Positions 8,966 to 18,596 of a DNA stretch of 64,000 nucleotides are shown here, piece after piece. Source of the DNA: an uncultured delta proteobacterium (GTDB lineage: Bacteria > Desulfobacterota > Desulfomonilia > Desulfomonilales > Desulfomonilaceae); contig CAWBKB010000005.1 of the NCBI GenBank assembly GCA_963789265.1, positions 672,001 to 736,000 on the forward strand. The letters are read 5' to 3'. The notes under the pieces were generated by a model. That model was not told the DNA's origin. It saw only the letters and a list, made by a program, of their open reading frames with translations, and did not search any database. A program made the position numbers and the translations under genes. The stretch's first letter is position 1. Each line of letters starts with the position of its first letter.

Positions 8966-9859
8966 TCATTCCCGCGTGGCAACAATAACTCCGGTCAAGA
9001 TCAGAACACCACTCAGTACATGGACCCAACGGACCGGCTCGTTCAACAATAGAAAAGCCTCAACGCCGCTAAACAAAGGGAGACAATAGTATACAAGGCC
9101 GGCCCGCACCGGTCCAATGATCTCGATACCTCGGTTCCAACAGAAAAAAGCCAACAGCGACGGACCAACACCCAGATATATGATGGCTCCGATAGCAGTT
9201 GGAGAAAAGTTGATGGATTTGACCCCAGTTAGCTCCCAGAGGAACCACGGAACCAAAAATAGCCATCCCAGAATAAACATGGAAGAGAGGAATACGCTCT
9301 GACTAAGTTCCGCAGGTTTGACCTGGACGAGAATACCGTACACAGCGAATGTTGCTGCCTGAATCAACATCCACACATCACCCTCGGAAAGGGTCAAATT
9401 CATCAGACGACTAAGCTGGCCGTTCGTGATCAACAGGACAGCTCCCAACGCGGCTGTGATAAGACCGACGATTCTCCGCAACGTAAAAGTGTCGTGAAGG
9501 AACAGTCGAGCAAACACTGCCAGAAAAATAGGCGAGCACAAGGCGATCAATGTCATATTCAGGGCGTTCGAGCTGTGGGCGGCTATGTAAATAAGGGTGT
9601 TGCACACAGTCAAGCCGAAGAACCCTGTCAAAGCAAGATAACCAAGGTGTTTACGGACCGTCTTCATGTCGCGGCACAAGGGGCGTATCCCAAAGGGAAT
9701 TAGCACAACTACTGCTATAAGGCCGCGTAAGAATGCAATCGTCACCGGTGGTATGGAATCTGACAGTCCCCGAGCAACAATAAAATTACCAGACCAAATC
9801 AGCGTTGCGGATAAGACGAACAAATAGCCGGTGGTAGATTGTGTTTGCCTCGGTATCAA
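8966..9859 (-). CDS. EamA/DMT-family transporter
   Basis: About 10 TM helices, IWSGNFIVAR, GD, WNRGI..IGP motifs. Confidence 0.9.
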   Translation of the reverse strand: MIPRQTQSTTGYLFVLSATLIWSGNFIVARGLSDSIPPVTIAFLRGLIAVVVLIPFGIRPLCRDMKTVRKHLGYLALTGFFGLTVCNTLIYIAAHSSNALNMTLIALCSPIFLAVFARLFLHDTFTLRRIVGLITAALGAVLLITNGQLSRLMNLTLSEGDVWMLIQAATFAVYGILVQVKPAELSQSVFLSSMFILGWLFLVPWFLWELTGVKSINFSPTAIGAIIYLGVGPSLLAFFCWNRGIEIIGPVRAGLVYYCLPLFSGVEAFLLLNEPVRWVHVLSGVLILTGVIVATRE

Positions 9860-10181
9860 GTATCACGTATCCCCATGCCGTAAAGAAATTCCGAGAAAAC
9901 CGCTTCATTATGTAGCAGATCGCTGCCCAACGCGCCACACCTGGCCGGATGGGCCTTTGGTTTTCCCTGGAACAGGACGAGCACCGGACTGCGGAGGGAT
10001 TCCAGGATCTTACAGTGGGGGGTGGCCGTAGTTTTCTTCGGACGGTCTGCAGAGGAAGGTCCCGCGCGTTGGAAAGAAAGCAAAACAGCATTGGCCGAAA
10101 TGCTTGGGGTGCAGTTCTGGGGTGTGCATTCGTTTGCACCCCCATTTTCGTCAACAAAAGTCAAAAATATCGCGGAATTAC

Positions 10182-10212
10182 TGGTGGAGGCGGCGGGAAT
10201 CGAACCCGCGTC
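10182..10212 (-). repeat. 31-nt tmRNA 3'-end duplicate (att core)
   Basis: TGGTGGAGGCGGCGGGAATCGAACCCGCGTC identical to the ssrA 3' end. Confidence 0.9.
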
Positions 10213-10719
10213 GTGAGTTATTAAGTCTCGGCATATCAATATGTCACCTCTGCGCCAGAGTCAATTGCATCCAATTTGCATCCAATGTAGATCTTGTCCA
10301 TTCACTCCACTGAAATTCCCTCAACCGTTCAGCGTTCATATGATAAATCCGAGTGTTTTCAGCAATCTTGATGTTCGACGATTTCACGATGTTGTTTGAC
10401 TGACTGGATAAAATCGGCTAACCTTATAAGCGTGTCATTTGTGATCAAGCCTCAAGGCAAATAAAGCAATTGGTGTTGCGTTATTTAGTAATTGTATTCG
10501 ACCATTAAATTCTTTATTTCGTGATCCCCTCTTTATCCGATGCTGCAAAAGTACAGGGAGGGACAACAAGCCGATAATCAGAAGACAAGTTAATTGTGAA
10601 AGTAGAATTGACCCACTTTTTTCAGGGAGGAGTTCCATGCAAACGCTGTAAAGAAATCGTGGTGTTACGGGGCCAGAACCACCCAAAAGCAAATCCTTAT
10701 CTTAAGGGAGGGAGAAAAA

Positions 10720-11733
10720 ATGTCGAACCATTTTACCGGACTCAGTCTCGGTCCACCTCTCGGGGACCAAAAACTCGACCTGTGCGACCTCTACGCGTTC
10801 CAGTCGCCCACTGACCCGTCGAGGACTGTGATCATCCTCAATGCAAATCCGAATGCCGACGCGCTCCATCCTGACGCCATCTATCGCCTCAACATTGACA
10901 ACGACGAAGACTGCCTGACGGACATCGCGATCAGTTACGTGTTCTCGCCACCGCAAAACGGTATCCAGACCGTGAACGTCTTCGTGGCAAAAGGCGCGGA
11001 ATCCCGCTCGGTCGAAGCTGTTGGGACTAAGATCATCGCCGATGCTGAGGTCTCCTTCGGCGCCAACCCCAACATTGTCAAGTCCGGCGCCTACACTTTC
11101 TTCGCCGGTACTCGCAGCGACGCTTTCTTTTTCGACTACGACGGAATCAAGAATCTGTTCGATACCTCGGGCGGCAGAAATTTCACCGCACCTCACCTGG
11201 GCGGCAAGTCTCCGTGGACCGGCGTGGATTCAAATATGGAAGGCAATGTGTTCTCGACAGTGATCGAGCTGCCGACAAGCGAGCTGGGTGCGAACCCGGA
11301 GATCCGGATCTGGGGGCGGTGCAGCGTGCGCAAGGACGGCAAGCTGATTCATGCCGATCGCGCTGGCCACCCGAGCGTCAGCAGCTTCTTCAATACCGAC
11401 GACACCAAATTGGAATACAACGCCAGCGAGCCGGTCAACGATCGCAAACGTTGGACGGATCAGTTTGTTCACTTGATGGGGCATACGGGCAATTACACCC
11501 GCGAAGAAGCAATCGCCGCGATCGATGCTGACCGCATTCTGCCCGACATGCTGTGCTTCGATCCTTCGAAGCCCGCGAAGTATCCAAACGGCCGCGATTT
11601 TACTGACGACGTCATCAATCATCGCCTCGCCTTCCTCTCCAAGGGCGATATTCCCCCCACCGGCCTCAAGCCGCACACCGACATTCTCAAGGAGTTCCCG
11701 TACATTGGCACGCCGCACCAGAAGAAGAGCTAA
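10720..11733 (+). CDS. DUF4331-family protein
   Basis: DLCDLYAFQSP, YRLNIDND, FAGTRSDAFFFD, DRAGHP and PNGRDFTDDV match my recollection of this family. Confidence 0.75.
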   Translation: MSNHFTGLSLGPPLGDQKLDLCDLYAFQSPTDPSRTVIILNANPNADALHPDAIYRLNIDNDEDCLTDIAISYVFSPPQNGIQTVNVFVAKGAESRSVEAVGTKIIADAEVSFGANPNIVKSGAYTFFAGTRSDAFFFDYDGIKNLFDTSGGRNFTAPHLGGKSPWTGVDSNMEGNVFSTVIELPTSELGANPEIRIWGRCSVRKDGKLIHADRAGHPSVSSFFNTDDTKLEYNASEPVNDRKRWTDQFVHLMGHTGNYTREEAIAAIDADRILPDMLCFDPSKPAKYPNGRDFTDDVINHRLAFLSKGDIPPTGLKPHTDILKEFPYIGTPHQKKS

Positions 11734-11776
11734 CGGCGCGCGACGGATCCAGTGTTTTATGCCAAGGCGCATTCAA

Positions 11777-11963
11777 AGAAGTAAGATTAGGGGAAACTTC
11801 TTTGTAAAGAGTTTCCCCCCAAACCCCCTTCCAGAAACTTCTATTATTTGCCGGAACCCCCATTTCCTACAGGGAAATTCGGGATTCCGACGAGTGCTAA
11901 AAGTTCTTGAGGTGGGGTTCGGGGAGGAACTTCTTACAAGAAGTGTCTCCCCGATTCTTCCTT
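11777..11963. repeat. Long imperfect palindrome (MITE/REPIN-like)
   Basis: GGGGAAACTTCTTTGTAAAGAGTTTCCCC ... GGGGAGGAACTTCTTACAAGAAGTGTCTCCCC with a central hairpin. Confidence 0.7.
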
Positions 11964-12295
11964 GTTTGAATGCGAATCCTCGCCGACAGGAGTTGGCGTC
12001 GAGCTAGCCCCTGTTGACGAGGATGCGATCAGGAGTCGGCGGATGATGCTTGCTGACTTTGTCTTTGAGGCAATCCGTTCTTTCAACTATGCGGAATCGC
12101 TTTTTCAGTGGAGCTGATCATCAGGATGCTTCGGGATGCTGGGGTACATCTGTCTCAGGTCAGGAGTCTCAAGTTTTGCGTGTAGACGGATGGGCGGAAG
12201 GATGCGGTGTGGGAACGCGGTCGTCAAAAGGAAGGAATCTCCGCCCGCGCAGAATTTGCAGACACTTTTGGAGGGGTTTGTATCAGTAAGTTAAT

Positions 12296-12393
12296 TGGTG
12301 GAGGCGGCGGGAATCGAACCCGCGTCCGAGAATCTTCAGCACAAGATCTCTACATGCTTAGTCCGTGTTTTGTGTCTCGTCCGGAAAGAGCCC
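12296..12393 (-). repeat. ~95-nt diverged tmRNA 3'-end duplicate (att site)
   Basis: Matches 13095-13190 with several substitutions (AATCTTCAGC vs AACCTTCGGC; TAGTCCGTG vs TATTTCGAG). Confidence 0.9.
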
Positions 12394-12413
12394 GCCGAAA
12401 TTCACTTCTGATC

Positions 12414-12640
12414 TCAGTCTCGGAGCAGGCGAAAGTATTCTTCTCTCGAAATCCCTAAGGTACCATAATGTTTTTTATTATTGAAACTGGTACTTCCGAT
12501 CTTTCCGGTATGACGACCGGTCACGCCAAACCCTGCCTTATGTAAGATCTATGGCTTCCCTTCTGTCTCGCAAATTTGAGTCCGCTACGAATTACGACCT
12601 TTTCAAGCTCTCGCCAATGTATAGGGACGAGACGGGGCAC
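12414..12640 (-). pseudogene. hicA: HicA toxin pseudogene
   Basis: MPRLVPIHWRELEKVV...RQKGSHRSY, in-frame TGA at 12521-12523, then a 1-nt frameshift near 12463 before GISREEY. Confidence 0.8.
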
Positions 12641-12642
12641 GA

Positions 12643-12906
12643 TCAAATACTCAGGCTCATTTCGCGGCGTTCCGGTTTATTCACAACAACCCATCTTCCA
12701 CCAACGGGTGAATAACCAGTTTCCGCAAGAATGTCCTGAAGTGTCTCCATTTCTTGGGCGGTTTCCAGAAAAAGCTCTACGGCTTCCAGCAGAGATTCCT
12801 CGGCTTCCTTCCGAGTGTCACCGCAAGATAGAACGTTCAATGGATTAGCGCGGGCAACGAATTTGCCTCCTTCTTTCCAGACTTCGGCTTCAAACGTAAA
12901 TTCCAT
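12643..12906 (-). CDS. hicB: HicB-family antitoxin
   Basis: VWKEGGKFVA...LSCGDTRKEAEESLLEAVELFLE partial RNase-H-like HicB fold, directly upstream of hicA. Confidence 0.85.
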   Translation of the reverse strand: MEFTFEAEVWKEGGKFVARANPLNVLSCGDTRKEAEESLLEAVELFLETAQEMETLQDILAETGYSPVGGRWVVVNKPERREMSLSI

Positions 12907-13094
12907 CGAGGTCACCTTTCGATGCAATTCTAATCATGGATCTGGCCAAATGCAACCATGTTTTATGTAGAAATACACAGATGGGCAGTGAAATCAGGAG
13001 GGAGTTAAGCACTTGTCGGACAGTCTGATAGCTGTATTACAGGGCTTCATTCGCCCTGTAATGATAGAAGCAGCTAATATTGGCTATAAATATT

Positions 13095-13451
13095 TGGTGG
13101 AGGCGGCGGGAATCGAACCCGCGTCCGAGAACCTTCGGCACAAGATGTCTACATGCTTATTTCGAGTTTTGTGTCTCGTCCGGAAAGACCCCCTCGAAAA
13201 AGGTTCTCACCGAGACCAACCCGCTTGGTGTTTCGCCTTGCCTCCAACAGGTACGGAAGCTTGGCTATCCTGCTGACCTGCGCCCCTTCCGCCCCCGCAG
13301 GAGAAAGACGGAGAGACGCTAGCCTTACGCGGCTAGAGCGTACTCGTAGTTATTGGCGAGTATTTTTTGATACCGGCGGTTTAACGAGTCACCGGAGTGC
13401 TCGGCATGCAACCTTGACCTCAACTATCCCCGTCGAAACCAGGGCGCCCCC
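13095..13451 (-). ncRNA. ssrA: tmRNA (tag peptide ANNYEYALAA)
   Basis: 5' GGGGGCGCCCTGGTTTCGACGGG, tag ORF ending LAA-stop, 3' T-arm and CCACCA; directly downstream of smpB. Confidence 0.97.
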
Positions 13452-13540
13452 TTTCGAAAATCAGATGAGATCTCATAGGACATATTAGAAGACAACCATC
13501 ACCGCTTTTGGTTTCACTCTCGGTTGGAAAGACACGGCGT

Positions 13541-14014
13541 TCAGGACTGTCGTTGCCGGTACTTTACCAATCTCTCCATCTCGCGGCGCTGGTCCTTCTT
13601 CTTCATGGCTTCGCGCTTGTCATAGGTTTTCTTGCCCCGGGCAAGCGCCAACTCCACTTTGACCATACCATTCTTGAAGTAGAGTTTCAATGGGACTAGT
13701 GAAAAACCTCTCTCCGCGACTTTGCCCAGCAGCTTCTTGATTTCCCGTTTATGAAGAAGCAGCTTGCGGTCTCGGAGAGGTTCGTGATTTTCCCTGCTTG
13801 CCTGTTCGTAAGGAGAAATGTGAGCATCTACCAGGAATAATTCGCCGTTTCGGAATTTGCCGTACGAATCGGATAGATTAGCCTTGCCGTTCCTGAGAGA
13901 TTTGACTTCCGATCCCCAAAGGCTGATGCCCGCTTCAAAGGTGTCCTCGATCTCGAAATTGAAGCGAGCTTTTCTGTTCTTGCAGATTATCTTCACGTGG
14001 TTGTCTTGGGTCAT
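13541..14014 (-). CDS. smpB: SsrA-binding protein SmpB
   Basis: NRKARFNF, EAGI.L.GSEVKSLR, RKLLLHKREI and YDKRE motifs. Confidence 0.98.
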   Translation of the reverse strand: MTQDNHVKIICKNRKARFNFEIEDTFEAGISLWGSEVKSLRNGKANLSDSYGKFRNGELFLVDAHISPYEQASRENHEPLRDRKLLLHKREIKKLLGKVAERGFSLVPLKLYFKNGMVKVELALARGKKTYDKREAMKKKDQRREMERLVKYRQRQS

Positions 14015-14026
14015 AGAAGGTAATTA

Positions 14027-14224
14027 TTCACCGCGGAGGTCGCTGAGTTCGCAGAGGATTCTGTCCTTTTCTGACTGTCTTTCCAAATGAACTATGGCGC
14101 TTCAGATCTGCGACAGTAAGGCTATGCGGGCCAAACTTTATATCCCCGTGGCTTATATGGTGGCGTGTCAGCCATTTTTCGTCTCTGCATTCTCGACGCA
14201 TCCCGCGTCCCGCGGGGCGATGAA
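14027..14224. repeat. REPIN-like inverted-repeat element between ptsI and smpB
   Basis: TTCACCGCGGAGGTCGCTGAGTTCGCAGAG ... CTCTGCATTCTCG...CGATGAA. Confidence 0.5.
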
Positions 14225-14238
14225 TAGCGCCTGTCCTA

Positions 14239-16074
14239 CTAAGAGTGGTCAACGAAGTAATCTTTTGGAAAGCGTTGCTTGATCCAAGAATCTAGAAACC
14301 CGTGGATTTCATGAGCTTCTTGCATCTCAAATGCTTGCCAGGTCAAATCACGGCATTCCTCCATGCTTATGGAGCGAATCAACTTCTTTACCATGGGAAT
14401 GGCTAGAGCGTTCATAGAAAGCTCGTCGATTCCCAAGCCCAAAAGAATCGGAATATTTACCGGATCGCCGGCCATCTCGCCGCACATTGCAACCTGGATG
14501 CCCCTGGCCTGGCCGGCATTGATGATTTGACGTATCAGCCGGAGGACGGCAGGATGAAGCGTATCATACAAGTAATTGACGTGCTCGTTGACCCGGTCGA
14601 TAGCCAGTGCGTACTGGATCAAATCGTTGGTGCCGATGCTGAAAAAATCGACCTCTCTCGCCAGCATGTCCGCAATAGTTACCGCAGAAGGGACTTCCAC
14701 CAACACGCCGAGCTTGAGTTGATCGTCGTAAGGTTTGCCCTCCGCTATCAGCTCGTCCTTTGCCTCTTGGATCATTTCTCTGGTGGCGTGAATTTCGGAC
14801 AGGCACGAAATCATCGGGATCAGCAGATGGCACTTGCCGTGTACAGCCGCCCTGAGGATTGCCCGAAGCTGGGTCTTGAATAGGTCTTTTCTCGTGAGAC
14901 ACAGACGAATAGCCCGAAGGCCTAATGCCGGATTTGATTCCGGTGAAGTGTTGAGACTGGTGGCAATCTTGTCTCCACCCACATCCAAGGTGCGGATGGT
15001 TACCGGATTCGGAGCACTGTTCACCAGAACGTAACGGTAAGCCTCATACTGTTCTTCTTCGGAAGGTAGGTCATTCCTGCCCAAGAAGAGGTATTCGGTC
15101 CGGAATAGGCCGATGCCTTCAGCTCCATGCTCGATAGCGAGCGCGATTTCGTCCACGAGTTCCACATTGGCTGTTATTTTGACGGATCTGCTACCATCGC
15201 GAGTCACTGCCGGGAGACGCCCGAAAGGCAGAAGAGATTGATGGTACTTCCGGTAAACCTCGTGCCTTTGCCGGTACCGCAGGATCGTTTCCGGATCCGG
15301 GTTGAGGATCACAACGCCGGTGCTACCATCAATTACGATCGTATCCCCTGTCTGAATCTGGTGACTGACATTCTGCAAGCCGGTCACCGCGGGAATCTTC
15401 AGCGACCGAGCCATGATGGCAGTATGCGAAGTCCTACCGCCCATGTCCGTAGCAAAGCCGAAGACACACTCACGCTTAATCTGCGCAGTATCCGCGGGGG
15501 AGAGATCGTGAGCGATGATGATCGAATTCGGAGGGAGTTGGTGGATCTTGCTCTCTGAGGAGATACCCATAAGGATCCTGAGGACTCGTTCCCCGACGAA
15601 GTGGATGTCCCTCGCGTGTTCCTTTAGGTATTCATCGCCAATGGTGTCGAACGCGGAGGAGATCTTTAAGATGGTCTCCGAAAGGGCCCATTCGGCATTT
15701 TGCCTTTCCAAGGCTATAGCTGCCTTGGTCCCTTCGAAAAACATTCGGTCTTCCAATAGAAGAAGATGGGTGTCAAGCAGGTAGACGTGTTCTCCCAGTG
15801 GATGACTGGAGTCTATGTGGCTCTTGATCTGCTGAAGCCGCTCTTCCGCCTCTTTGACTGCGACTTCGAATCTTTGAATCTCGGCTGGAATTTCTTCGGG
15901 TTTGAGCACTCGCTTGGGGCAAATGTCAGTCGTCAGACGCTCGATAAGCACTACCTGCCCGATGCCCACCCCACCGGAAACGCCTATCCCCTTCATCATT
16001 CTGTTTATTCCGTTATTGTTGGGCTTGGGTTGGTCAGCCGCTTTCTTTTTATTAGCTTTCTTCGGGATCTTCAT
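14239..16074 (-). CDS. ptsI: PTS enzyme I (PEP-protein phosphotransferase)
   Basis: GGRTSHTAIMA phospho-His, GIGLFRTEYLF, DFFSIGTNDLIQY and CGEMAG motifs. Confidence 0.97.
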   Translation of the reverse strand: MKIPKKANKKKAADQPKPNNNGINRMMKGIGVSGGVGIGQVVLIERLTTDICPKRVLKPEEIPAEIQRFEVAVKEAEERLQQIKSHIDSSHPLGEHVYLLDTHLLLLEDRMFFEGTKAAIALERQNAEWALSETILKISSAFDTIGDEYLKEHARDIHFVGERVLRILMGISSESKIHQLPPNSIIIAHDLSPADTAQIKRECVFGFATDMGGRTSHTAIMARSLKIPAVTGLQNVSHQIQTGDTIVIDGSTGVVILNPDPETILRYRQRHEVYRKYHQSLLPFGRLPAVTRDGSRSVKITANVELVDEIALAIEHGAEGIGLFRTEYLFLGRNDLPSEEEQYEAYRYVLVNSAPNPVTIRTLDVGGDKIATSLNTSPESNPALGLRAIRLCLTRKDLFKTQLRAILRAAVHGKCHLLIPMISCLSEIHATREMIQEAKDELIAEGKPYDDQLKLGVLVEVPSAVTIADMLAREVDFFSIGTNDLIQYALAIDRVNEHVNYLYDTLHPAVLRLIRQIINAGQARGIQVAMCGEMAGDPVNIPILLGLGIDELSMNALAIPMVKKLIRSISMEECRDLTWQAFEMQEAHEIHGFLDSWIKQRFPKDYFVDHS

Positions 16075-16369
16075 CTTGAATAATTCGACCTATCTCCTGA
16101 ATGGCTTCCATGCAATCGGGTCCCTGGGCACGGACAACGATTGCGCTCCCCGGAGAAGCTGCCAACAAGAGCAGACCCAGCACGCTCCGAGCATCGACTT
16201 CAACGCCATCCTTTGTGAGAGTAACCTGACAAGAGTAGTTTCGCATGGATTGAACCATCATGGTCGCTACCCGGGCATGCAGGCCCAATCGATTCCCCAC
16301 TGTCAGGGTTTTTTCAACGATTTCCTTTCCAACCGTCATCGAGGCAAGATTCTCCGGTAATTTACCCAT
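16052..16369 (-). CDS. ptsH: HPr phosphocarrier
   Basis: LGLHAR (His15) and DARSVLGLL (Ser46) motifs. Confidence 0.93.
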   Translation of the reverse strand: MGKLPENLASMTVGKEIVEKTLTVGNRLGLHARVATMMVQSMRNYSCQVTLTKDGVEVDARSVLGLLLLAASPGSAIVVRAQGPDCMEAIQEIGRIIQDEDPEES

Positions 16370-16452
16370 ATCACCTTTACAGGTCCGACCCAGAGTTTTT
16401 GTATATAGTCAAAGTAAACTACCAACGTAGATGTGTCAACGTCAGGAGTTCA

Positions 16453-18398
16453 CCCATAATCCACCACCTCATTTGGCGGAGGATCTCTTGATGTCCCCTT
16501 GGACCGAAAATTTACCCTTGGTTATGTCCCCCGCCCATGCGAACCGGACCAGGTAGCACGTCGGACCGATTCGTATGCCGAATTCCCCCTGCTCGGGCGG
16601 ATTTCCGGCACACTAACCCCCCCCGGTCAGTCTATTTCCACCCGTCTGCGCCTCATTTCCCCCGTCGGCGGCGCTCTCTAGCCTGACTCGCAAAGGCTCA
16701 GAATTCTCCTCCTCATTTCAAATAGTGTCTCGTTCGACGCATGCCCCCCAACCAGTCGAACACGCAGCATCCGAGCACGCTTGAGCACGCGTCCCGGCAG
16801 CTTGATCAACCAGAACCTTATGGCCTTCATGCGCTTGCCCACCCATGTTTCTCCCAGAACCAGGCGCTTCATCGCCGAGTTCAGGTTCAAAGCCAAGATC
16901 ATGATGTGCCACCATGCTGCGTTTACCCCGAAATACCCTGAAGGAAGTCTGCCCCCTGCAAGATCTTCCTTCATAACCGAATGCGCCTCTTCAGATTTAC
17001 CGCAGCGCTCTCTGTACCACCAAATCAGCTCGTCCCCAGGAATGTCACGATTCGTGACAATCCCGAACACCTTGTACTTCATCGACCCAAAATGCATGGT
17101 AGGAAACGGCAATGAAACTTGCCCATCCATCTCCGGAAGTTCCGGCTGCTCCAAAACCTCGCGAATAGCCAGGTACCGGAAACATGGACCATCTTTCTTG
17201 CGTGCGAGCTCATCGGGAACGAAACAGACCTCCGCGTACTCTTGACCCCTTGTAACCAAGCCATTCTCAGTCTTGCGATACAAACTATGCCAATCCGACT
17301 CCTCAACCTCGCGAACAGCCTGCCTGAACGATTCGGTTACCTTGGCCCCTATGGCAAACTCGATGACACCGAAACGCAGCTTCTTCGGCTCCGCACAGAA
17401 CCTCATCAGCTCATGCTGATATCCTGCCGTATCCGACCGCAGATATACCTTCGACACCCCCGCAGGCAGGAACCCCAAGGCCTCTTCAAAGACGCGAAGA
17501 TTGTCCTTACCGGCCCAGACGTTGCCGTCTCGGAACTCCGAGTGCACAATGAGATCCTGTTCCGCCCAGTACACCTGCAAAGGCTGATACGCCTTGTGCC
17601 CCTTGTAGCAGTAGAGAGCCTCTCGCTTGTTCGTCTCCACCACCGTCGCATCGAGATCCAGAGTCGCTACCTCCTGAGGAGACCGCTTCTGCACCGAGCC
17701 CAGAAAATCCTCGTTCACCTGCATCATCGCTCGCAAACGGGGGGTCGGCATCGGTATGAAAGAAGTGCCCGCCTCCCTGAGCTTCTCCTGCTCGGGATCG
17801 TGAAACTGATACAGATACCGGCTGGCCGAAGAAGGAGACGGCACCGACCTCTTCTGCCCCTTGCGCAGCCTCTTGCTCAGGACTCGTCTCTCCTGTCGCG
17901 GTTTTCCAAACCCCATTGACTCCCGAAGTACCCGACAAAATCCCTCGTCTCCTTCCAGTATCTCCAGGTCGCTGATCCCTTGACCGTCCGCCAGATTCAG
18001 AAGTATCAGAGCCATTACTGTCTCGGAGTCAGACCACCCCTGGGCACCTGATCGCACCTTGAGCCGATTCTCTATGGCCCTGCTCAACCCCATCACATAC
18101 CCGAATTCCAGGTATGTCGGCAATCCGGCCAACGCCGTCATCCCCCCAGGCTTCTTCTCAACCTCATACTGGAAAGGGAAAATGCCTTGTGCCATAATCA
18201 CTTCACCTCGTTGGTGATAGATCCTTGTTGCAAACCGGATTCTATCCTCTTGATTCCTCAAGAACAACGAGGTTTTTCACTTTTTTTGATGCGCAATCAA
18301 GGTTCACCGCACAGAGTCTCCACTATGAGTCAAGAGAAGTCATTCCGGAAGCGCGCACAGGGACGGCACGGCAAAGTCGCCTTACCGATGGGTTTCAG
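16453..18398 (-). mobile_element. IS1380-family insertion sequence (ends approximate)
   Basis: Transposase plus candidate imperfect ends CCCATAATCCACC and GATGGGTTTCAG; no clear target duplication seen. Confidence 0.7.
16678..18195 (-). CDS. IS1380-family DDE transposase
   Basis: TLDLDAT, FRDGN, LRSDTAGY, YRERCGKSEEAHSVMKEDL and NAAW motifs. Confidence 0.9.
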   Translation of the reverse strand: MAQGIFPFQYEVEKKPGGMTALAGLPTYLEFGYVMGLSRAIENRLKVRSGAQGWSDSETVMALILLNLADGQGISDLEILEGDEGFCRVLRESMGFGKPRQERRVLSKRLRKGQKRSVPSPSSASRYLYQFHDPEQEKLREAGTSFIPMPTPRLRAMMQVNEDFLGSVQKRSPQEVATLDLDATVVETNKREALYCYKGHKAYQPLQVYWAEQDLIVHSEFRDGNVWAGKDNLRVFEEALGFLPAGVSKVYLRSDTAGYQHELMRFCAEPKKLRFGVIEFAIGAKVTESFRQAVREVEESDWHSLYRKTENGLVTRGQEYAEVCFVPDELARKKDGPCFRYLAIREVLEQPELPEMDGQVSLPFPTMHFGSMKYKVFGIVTNRDIPGDELIWWYRERCGKSEEAHSVMKEDLAGGRLPSGYFGVNAAWWHIMILALNLNSAMKRLVLGETWVGKRMKAIRFWLIKLPGRVLKRARMLRVRLVGGHASNETLFEMRRRILSLCESG

Positions 18399-18596
18399 AG
18401 GCAAAATGTTTCGGAATTATCCTCTTAACAAACCCATGCTGCCCGCGTAACGCCTTTCCTATAAAATACATGTCAGTCGCGAATCGTTTCTCCATTCTGT
18501 GCGTCTAAAGGCTAGGAAGCAAGAGCGAAGGAATAAGGACTGTTTTTTCAACGAGGTAATCCTTCCCTTGCTGACAATATAACGTGGAGAGCGGTC

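Noticed and set aside
9860..10140. Integrase remnant (LHYVADR, LVFPG fragments)
   Set aside because: Too short, with no catalytic R-H-R-H-Y pattern; would need tblastn support
10182..10212. tRNA gene
   Set aside because: Only a T-arm and acceptor 3' strand identical to ssrA; no D or anticodon arm
12521..12523. Selenocysteine recoding of the TGA in hicA
   Set aside because: The position fits an Arg CGA>TGA change, no SECIS-like hairpin is evident, and a second lesion follows
7548..13488. ORFs containing LVEAAGIEPAS or WWRRRESNPR
   Set aside because: These are translations of the reverse-complemented ssrA 3' end, not proteins
17119..17919. Long antisense ORFs (also 21413-22042, 48650-49387, 60413-61144, 61555-62325)
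   Set aside because: They shadow well-supported genes on the opposite strand and show no motifs
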